A stretch of DNA of 34,282 nucleotides, taken from the NCBI RefSeq assembly GCF_001194135.2, contig NC_068992.1, positions 36,239,722-36,274,003 of the forward strand. The letters are read 5' to 3'. Position numbers and translations under genes: made by a program. Numbering within the stretch: the first letter of the stretch is position 1; each line of letters opens with the position of its first letter. This DNA is from Octopus bimaculoides. Its lineage: Eukaryota. Under the pieces are notes generated by a model. That model saw nothing but the letters and a program-made list of their open reading frames with translations. It did not search any database and was not told the DNA's origin. Shown in pieces: positions 33,901 to 34,282 of the stretch.

Positions 33901-34282
33901 ATGTACCCTGCATGGAAGCTTAAAGACCCTGCAAACGGACAGAGACTTAGAGACAAGTTACTTGAAGCATTTAACGAAATAGAAGGGGATATAGCATCAT
34001 ACAACGTGGAAGACAATTGGAGATTTCTGCGGGACAACCTATTGAAAGCCACCGACCAGATTTGTGGGTGGTGTAAGGTCCCCTCCCGACCCAGAGTAAC
34101 GTGGTGGTGGAACAAGGAGGTAGACAGGGCTATTAGACAAAAGAAACAGGCTTGGAAGGACTGGAAGAACGGTGGTAGCAGGGAATTGTACCAATGTGCC
34201 AGAAGGGAGGCTAGGCGACAGGTTTATTTAGCCAGAGGGGAAGCAGATAAGGAAAGATTTGCCAATGTTCTGCGCCGTGAGG
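33901..34282 (+). mobile_element. Young 5'-truncated RTE LINE ORF (endonuclease-RT linker), open to window end; missing from ORF track
   Basis: WKLKDPANGQRLRDKLLEAF...VEDNWRFLRDNLLKATDQICGWCKVPSRPRVTWWWNKEVDRAIRQKKQAWKDWKNGGSRELYQCARREARRQVYLARGEADKERF: 123 codons from 33913 with no stop and higher GC than the flanks. Confidence 0.9.

Overview
This is AT-rich eukaryotic (metazoan) genomic DNA with five N-gaps and many microsatellites; there is no prokaryotic gene content and no CRISPR array. The SINE and RTE repeat families resemble those I recall from coleoid cephalopods (Octopus-like); this is an inference, not a database result. One host gene is supported on the + strand: a phase-consistent chain of small exons (18311-18337, 19092-19171, 24721-24780, 24961-25000) joined to an 814-nt terminal exon ending at TAA 27306, product unrecognised. 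The rest is a transposon graveyard: two internally deleted Ty3/Gypsy elements (one a complete LTR-PBS-integrase tail-PPT-LTR mini-element), RTE LINE pieces of several ages, a CR1-type RT fragment, Penelope-like (PLE) fragments, Tc1/mariner relics and three SINE-like families. The most interesting signals are minimal hammerhead-ribozyme motifs of two subtypes (best at 33611-33670), two long foldback inverted repeats (6663-6950; a perfect one at 30294-30431), an RTE with a twin-priming-like 5' inversion, and the mini LTR element with mosaic LTR identity. Repeat boundaries are approximate and all translations and alignments were done by eye.
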